Source of the DNA: Flectonema sp. DT1601
Lineage: Eukaryota
DNA length: 64,000 nucleotides
NCBI GenBank assembly: GCA_964019425.1
Contig: OZ025788.1
Span: 372,001 to 436,000 of the forward strand
Direction of reading: 5' to 3'
Shown here: in pieces, positions 58,210-64,000 of the stretch
Position numbering within the stretch: position 1 is the first letter of the stretch
Layout: each line of letters starts with the position of its first letter
Notes under the pieces: model-generated
Databases searched by the model: none
Seen by the model: only the letters and a program-made list of their open reading frames with translations
What the model was told of the DNA's origin: nothing
Program-made: the position numbers and the translations under genes

Positions 58210-60898
58210 AATCGACTTAACTTACTGATTGTTTTAACGGCTTCTTCTATGTTGAGTTCTATGCTGCTTTTCCTATACAGCCCAGGGGACAGTTATATAT
58301 CAAAAGAGACAAATAGGGAGGCTCCACTTCGGAGACTGAGAGTCGTGACTGTACAGGTATAAGTACACTTTATCCCACTCCCCTTCAATAGTAGTTGGTT
58401 ATAGGTTTTCAGTGGCCATCGCGGCGATAGGATGGATCCAAATCAGAGCGAACCAATTTTGGATGGTCTCCGGGCAGATGGGTGAGCTCGTCCTTCCCAG
58501 GTTGAGTAGTCTAGGATGTACCGACGTAGTCGGAGAAGAAACTTTTCAGATTGCTAATCAGAATGGTTTTTTTTATTTATGTGCAAAGACCTGCCGTATT
58601 CAGATCCTTTCGTCTCGTATTAAATTTCTCCGTTCTTCAACCCGTACTAACATTTCCTTTGGTCGTATCAACTGACGTTTATTTACTTAACTCTCTAGAT
58701 ATTTATTTATTCTTCTTCCATTAAATATATGCCAGCATCTCAATCCCTCATTCTTCATTGAATGTGGTGCCTCGGAATCCCAGGCCCGTAGGCCCTTTGA
58801 TTTAAGAGCTAAAATGTAAGGTCTTACAAGATCAATGCAGAACAACTTACTTATCACTCGCAGCCAAATCTTGCGAAATGTGCTGTGTTAGGAACCAGAA
58901 ATTTCATTTTCATTGTGTATTTTAATTGTTTTTGCGGAAATAATTTTCCTTTAATATCAACTTGAAGTTAAGCTGTAAAGGGCTACAGGGCATAGGGCGC
59001 TCAACCTGTATGCTGTACCGTGGCCCACTGGTTTGGCAGAACACTATATTCGTTTTATCCAGTTTCAACTTGCTTTATATTTTATTATTGTATCAAGTTA
59101 CTCCACATAAACTGTCGATCATATCGTAGTCTGCATGGACTAAACTAAGCATCAGAGTTCAATTTCAAATAATTAAAGAAACAACATAAAAAAAAAAGAA
59201 GAAATAGTGCTACTCTGGAGCTGAAACTTCTTTTGTGATTACTGCAACCTGCGTTTTTATTCTAAGATTGTTCAGCAACGTGAAGAATTTGATCTCACAA
59301 AACCTTTTTTTTTGACTAACATAAAAAAAGAATCAGCAATCTCACTAAATAATTCAGTGGTTTTGGTTTCCCAGGACTCACAACTATTTAATTAATTGAA
59401 TAACTCGATTCCGTACTGCACTGAATGTGCAGCTAAGTTAGAAACATTTAATTTTATGTAAACCTCTCGTACTAACATTACCTTTAATCACTGTATTATA
59501 ACTAATGTTTGTTTTAATTAACTTTGGTACAATACAGATATTTATTTGTTCGTAACATTTCGACCCACAAAATTACTATCCAAAAGACCCAAACCCGGTA
59601 CTGGGGAACCCCTAACTGCCCACCGGTTTCAAAGTTCCCATTTTTTAAGAATGTTGGCAGCACACGTAAACCTCCTTTAACTTTATCAGTTTAAGTCGGT
59701 TCACGGTTTTGTGCACAAACAAAACATCGCAGGGTTATATTACTGTTTTCTGTATAGTTTAAGATAAAGCCAATTCTTTTTTACTTTACCTTTTAAGCTG
59801 TGTACAACTGTGGTAACAATTATGTTTGTAAGTTTTATTTTTTTATGAAGGTCCGGATTTCCTGTGACTTATGCGAATGTCAGACTTTGCCAAAGTGTCG
59901 GTCACAGTCGGACTTGCTGTGAGAAAAGGTCAACCGAGCTGATTAACTTATTCTTCAGAAGGGCACTGATTACAAGTTGTGTTCTCAAATTGCCTGCCGG
60001 CATCAGCCAAAAGTGAATCTTCTTGTCCTTCTCATGCACCGGTAGAACTTCTTCACAACTAGATACGTCACTACAGCGTCCTGGTTGATGTGTGAGGAGG
60101 AAGCCGATATGGCTTCGTTGAGCCTCAGTTCCAAGGTGCTTAAGTAGTTGACATCCAAGTAGACTGTATCCCTCTTGTTGATAAAAGAGAGAATTTGACC
60201 CTTCTAACATCAGTAGAAGCTTCCTCTCTTTGTAATCCAGAGTCATAATTATATAGTCACTAGGATTGGATGTATGTTCTCGATACACCTGACACTGCTC
60301 TTGCCTTCTCCATGTGAATGTATCTCGGTGATTACTTTGATATGCTTCTCAGCTTCAGGCTTTACGCATGTTGGAAAGCTGTCCGCTGGTGTAGAAGGCT
60401 CCAGAGACCCCAGCTTTCCAGATGGAAACATGTGAAGACTTAGGCGGGCAAGCTTATTTCAGAGATTCTTTCCGACGAGACGGTAGTTACACACATCTGT
60501 ACGATGTTGTAGCTGCTGAAACTCTACTCCACGTAGTGAATCGGTTTTTTTTTTTAAACGTTTTTCAAAAAAAAAAATGACTGATATAACAATAATAAAA
60601 AAAAAAAAAAAATTAAAATAAAACTCACCATGATGCAGCATTTCATTCTTACTTTTGCTGGCAAGATATAACTACAGGGTATGAGGGGCTCAACCTACGT
60701 TGTCGTCGAATTGTCAGATTCAATAAAGATCCGACTCAGTTGTGATTTTATTAAAGTTTGTTTGAAGTTAAGTTATTTAATTGTCAGAGAAACGAAAAAT
60801 GATGGTGCCAATAGTGTTAGCAAACGTGGTTCTTGCTTCAAAGTCACTCTGATGACATATTTTGCTTATAATTTCTTTTTCTTCAGACGCTGGGGCAA

Positions 60899-63253
60899 AT
60901 GTTGGTATTCTTTCTGTTGTTGGCACTCCATTTCTCAATGACTGTCGGTTGGTCGGGTTCTACAAGTGCAGGATCTACGTCTAAAATTGATATTAATGTC
61001 CGCAGTCTTTCGATGAGAGTCCGACAAGTGTACTTCAAATTCAGTCCAAGTTCTGGAGCCTGCGCTTTAATTTCAAAAAAAAGCAAATTCTCTGTCCGAC
61101 TTAGTTCCTGTGGAAAGTCCGCTAATGTTCACTCAGGGAACATCGATTATACTGCGGGAACACAGTTTGCAGTTGACGCTAGATTGCGATGTACTTCATC
61201 AAGCGAATGGTACCTCGAATTTCGAAATGACAATACCAACTGTAAAACAAATTGGGAAATCAGACTACCATCGTGGGAGTGCGATTCTGCCGGTCCGAAT
61301 AAAGCTAACGAGTGTCTTCTTCGTTATAGAACAATTCCTCATAAACAAAATGGTCCTGTTGTTGTAGGAACGGTAGTGAAATCAACTATCGAAGTCCTTG
61401 ATGATCCGTATTCATCAAATAACCTATTAGTAGGATTGTCTTCATCACTTTTGTTTAATTCTATAACACCTTTTCCGATTGCAATAACGTCAAAAGGGAC
61501 GACAGCATTGGAGTCAACAATAACAACATCAAGTGTTGGGATGACAGACTTTTGTGTTGATGTTAATGGACCTGCATTATCACAATATTATAATTTGGGT
61601 ACTGGGTGTAAACCAATTGAAGTCTACGGACTGACTAATGCACCGCCTACGTTAGTTCCAACACTCATTCCTACTGACTTACCAACTATTGTTCCAACTG
61701 ATGTCCCTCCAACTGCTGTACCGACGAACATACCGACAGCTGTTCCGACGAACATACCGACAGCTGTACCGACGAACATACCGACAGCTGTACCGACTTT
61801 AGTTCCTACTACTATTCCTACCACTATTCCTACGCTGATTCCGACAAGTATTCCGACGACAATCCCAAGAACAGCTCAGCCAACTTTGATTCCAACATCA
61901 GTACCACTAACTCAGATACCGATTACATCAAAACCAGCTGTGCCGGATTCATTGGGTACGGGCGATGCTGGAGGAGGTGTTAGTTTTACTGCATCTGTTG
62001 GTTCTCTTGTAGCAGGTTCTGGAGCTGGTGGAGCTCTATCAAAAACAATGGTTATTGCTAATCAAATAAAGTGTACTGATGGTGTCCCCTCAGACGGCCT
62101 TCCTTTTATAGTTCATCCTCTGATCTTCGCAATAAAGGGAAACTACTGGGCTGGTGCTGTGATTGGAAATATTTCGTTGTGTCTATTCTCGTATATATTT
62201 TTATATTTATTCGTTTTTATTATGAAGCGAAGGAATCCAGACAAAGACATTACCCTGACCATGAGGTATCCTGGAGTCTTGATTCCGGCCTCATTAATTC
62301 TGTACCCATCAATCCTGCAGTATTCTGGTCTGCTGTTGATATATTCACACACTGCAGTTATGAAGATCGTGGGGGTATCAGGAATTTCATTTTGTATAAT
62401 TTTTATGGCTTTGGTGATGACGATATTCAGATGTAATCATAACAAATGTGCATATCGACAACGTTCGGAGGAGCATTACGCTCCATTCGTTGCCTATGCT
62501 CTTGGATGTGGTGCTTGGGAAGCTGTTGATGAGGATGACTACTATGTAGAAAGAATGGGAACCGGTTTCGATATTTATTGTTATATAAAACACTTACGAG
62601 GTCACTATATTGTTATTGAATATGGTCCAGTCCCACTCCTGGTAGGAGCGGCATGGATATCAACGAACAATGTGTGGTATTGTACTGTACGGATTTCTGT
62701 TTTATTTTTTGCAACGTTTGTTCAATTGATCTACGTATGGAAGTTTAGAGTTTACATTGCCCCCTTACTAACTCATCTACACGTTTTAACAAATTCTTTA
62801 ATTAGTTCTGCATTATTATTAGAACTTGTTTCTATTCATGCGTATGGTGAAAGTGATAATTGGGCTGATTCAATAAGTACCAACTTAATGACTGCTAGTG
62901 TCAGTTTGGTTCTTTTACGATGTGCTTACGACTGTCTTCAATACGTTGTTGATATTGTATCTGGTTATAAGAGACTAATTATTCAAGAATCACACAATGA
63001 TTCTCCTCAATTTGAAAAAGAAAATGTTAGCTGTACATCAGCAAGTGATATGATGATGCCTTTAATGCCTTTATCTAATCGGCATTCTTCCGAAGCAAGT
63101 AGCCAACCGAATCTTGCGTTTGTTAATATGGAATACAACCTACTACACTGTAAGTTTGGTGACAGTGATAACGAAGGTTGTGAAGTTATTCCTTTTCATA
63201 ACATCCAACCAGTTGATGACATGCCTGGTGGATTCATTAAAGCGTCCCTGTAG
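60899..63253 (+). CDS. PT-rich multi-pass surface protein (copy 2)
   Basis: 784-aa paralogue of 45350-47656 with two extra PTNIPTAV units. Confidence 0.92.
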   Translation: MLVFFLLLALHFSMTVGWSGSTSAGSTSKIDINVRSLSMRVRQVYFKFSPSSGACALISKKSKFSVRLSSCGKSANVHSGNIDYTAGTQFAVDARLRCTSSSEWYLEFRNDNTNCKTNWEIRLPSWECDSAGPNKANECLLRYRTIPHKQNGPVVVGTVVKSTIEVLDDPYSSNNLLVGLSSSLLFNSITPFPIAITSKGTTALESTITTSSVGMTDFCVDVNGPALSQYYNLGTGCKPIEVYGLTNAPPTLVPTLIPTDLPTIVPTDVPPTAVPTNIPTAVPTNIPTAVPTNIPTAVPTLVPTTIPTTIPTLIPTSIPTTIPRTAQPTLIPTSVPLTQIPITSKPAVPDSLGTGDAGGGVSFTASVGSLVAGSGAGGALSKTMVIANQIKCTDGVPSDGLPFIVHPLIFAIKGNYWAGAVIGNISLCLFSYIFLYLFVFIMKRRNPDKDITLTMRYPGVLIPASLILYPSILQYSGLLLIYSHTAVMKIVGVSGISFCIIFMALVMTIFRCNHNKCAYRQRSEEHYAPFVAYALGCGAWEAVDEDDYYVERMGTGFDIYCYIKHLRGHYIVIEYGPVPLLVGAAWISTNNVWYCTVRISVLFFATFVQLIYVWKFRVYIAPLLTHLHVLTNSLISSALLLELVSIHAYGESDNWADSISTNLMTASVSLVLLRCAYDCLQYVVDIVSGYKRLIIQESHNDSPQFEKENVSCTSASDMMMPLMPLSNRHSSEASSQPNLAFVNMEYNLLHCKFGDSDNEGCEVIPFHNIQPVDDMPGGFIKASL

Positions 63254-64000
63254 AAAATGTATCGGTCTACTTTTTTTTTTGCGACTAAATTTCCACTAAT
63301 TTTTTTCAATCGAGGCGGCATTATAATGTGCCGCATCACTCGGTTCATTTCTGTCTAAAATTCTGGGAGGTTGGAGAACATCGAACAAAAAGCTATTACA
63401 GAGTACGAGCATGTGTAGGTGAAATATACTACGTTCATGATCAGATCATCATCGCAGTTAGTGTTAGTGAAGGAGCTCTCAGACTCGAAGGAAGTGCTAT
63501 CCTGTTCTTCAGATAAAGGCAAAATTATCTCCCGCGGGGAGGTTCTCTAGGAGCTGCAACAGTTTTCTAACGCAATTGCTAGCATGAGAAGAACTGGGTC
63601 AAAGGCACACTTGGGAAGGAGGAAAAAAGAAAGTTGAAAAGGAATAAACTATAAAACTGGGGCTGTTTTTTACTCAGATTATCTCGATCGTTCCATTCCA
63701 GGTCCGGGATTAATATTTATCATTGAGTAGGAAATCCTGCAAGGAGAGGTTAATATCCCTTTAGTGTCACTAAATATGTGTAAATTGCATCCCTATGCTT
63801 ATTTTGAACAACCGAACCCTCCCCGATTCCAAAAAAGAAATCATGATGTGTTTACTCCAGGTGGTGCGTTTTTTTGGTCACAAAAATAATTTTGACTGAT
63901 GTATATTTATTTTTTTTCTTCTGATCAAATTTTATCAAAAAAAAATAAAAAAATATTCCCCTCTTTTATTGATAAAATAAATAAATAAATCTGTATAAGT

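Overview
AT-rich eukaryotic nuclear DNA, most likely from a euglenozoan such as a diplonemid; this is inferred from all credible genes lying on the + strand, pyrimidine-tract/AG sites just upstream of start codons, and short GT-AG introns. Positions 1-42.4 kb hold about 16 protein genes, including an EEP-domain protein, a DH-PH RhoGEF, an ARM-PPP phosphatase, RPF1, a glyoxalase, a GRDP-like protein and a membrane flavoprotein. Five short introns could be spliced by hand and repair truncated ORF ends. Positions 42.9-64 kb are a patchwork of segmental duplications (two copies of a PT-rich multi-pass surface protein), a 110-bp and a 13-bp satellite, two LSU rRNA fragments and dispersed repeats. 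The main discovery is that two dispersed repeat families with dissimilar sequences each fold into a hammerhead ribozyme whose core strands are in a non-circularly permuted order (CUGANGA strand, then GUH strand, then GAAA strand). Both carry the same extra pseudoknot helix and an outer closing stem, and they appear to be modules of a retrozyme-like element. A separate minimal type I hammerhead lies on the - strand at 511-550. All folds were paired by eye and no activity is demonstrated.
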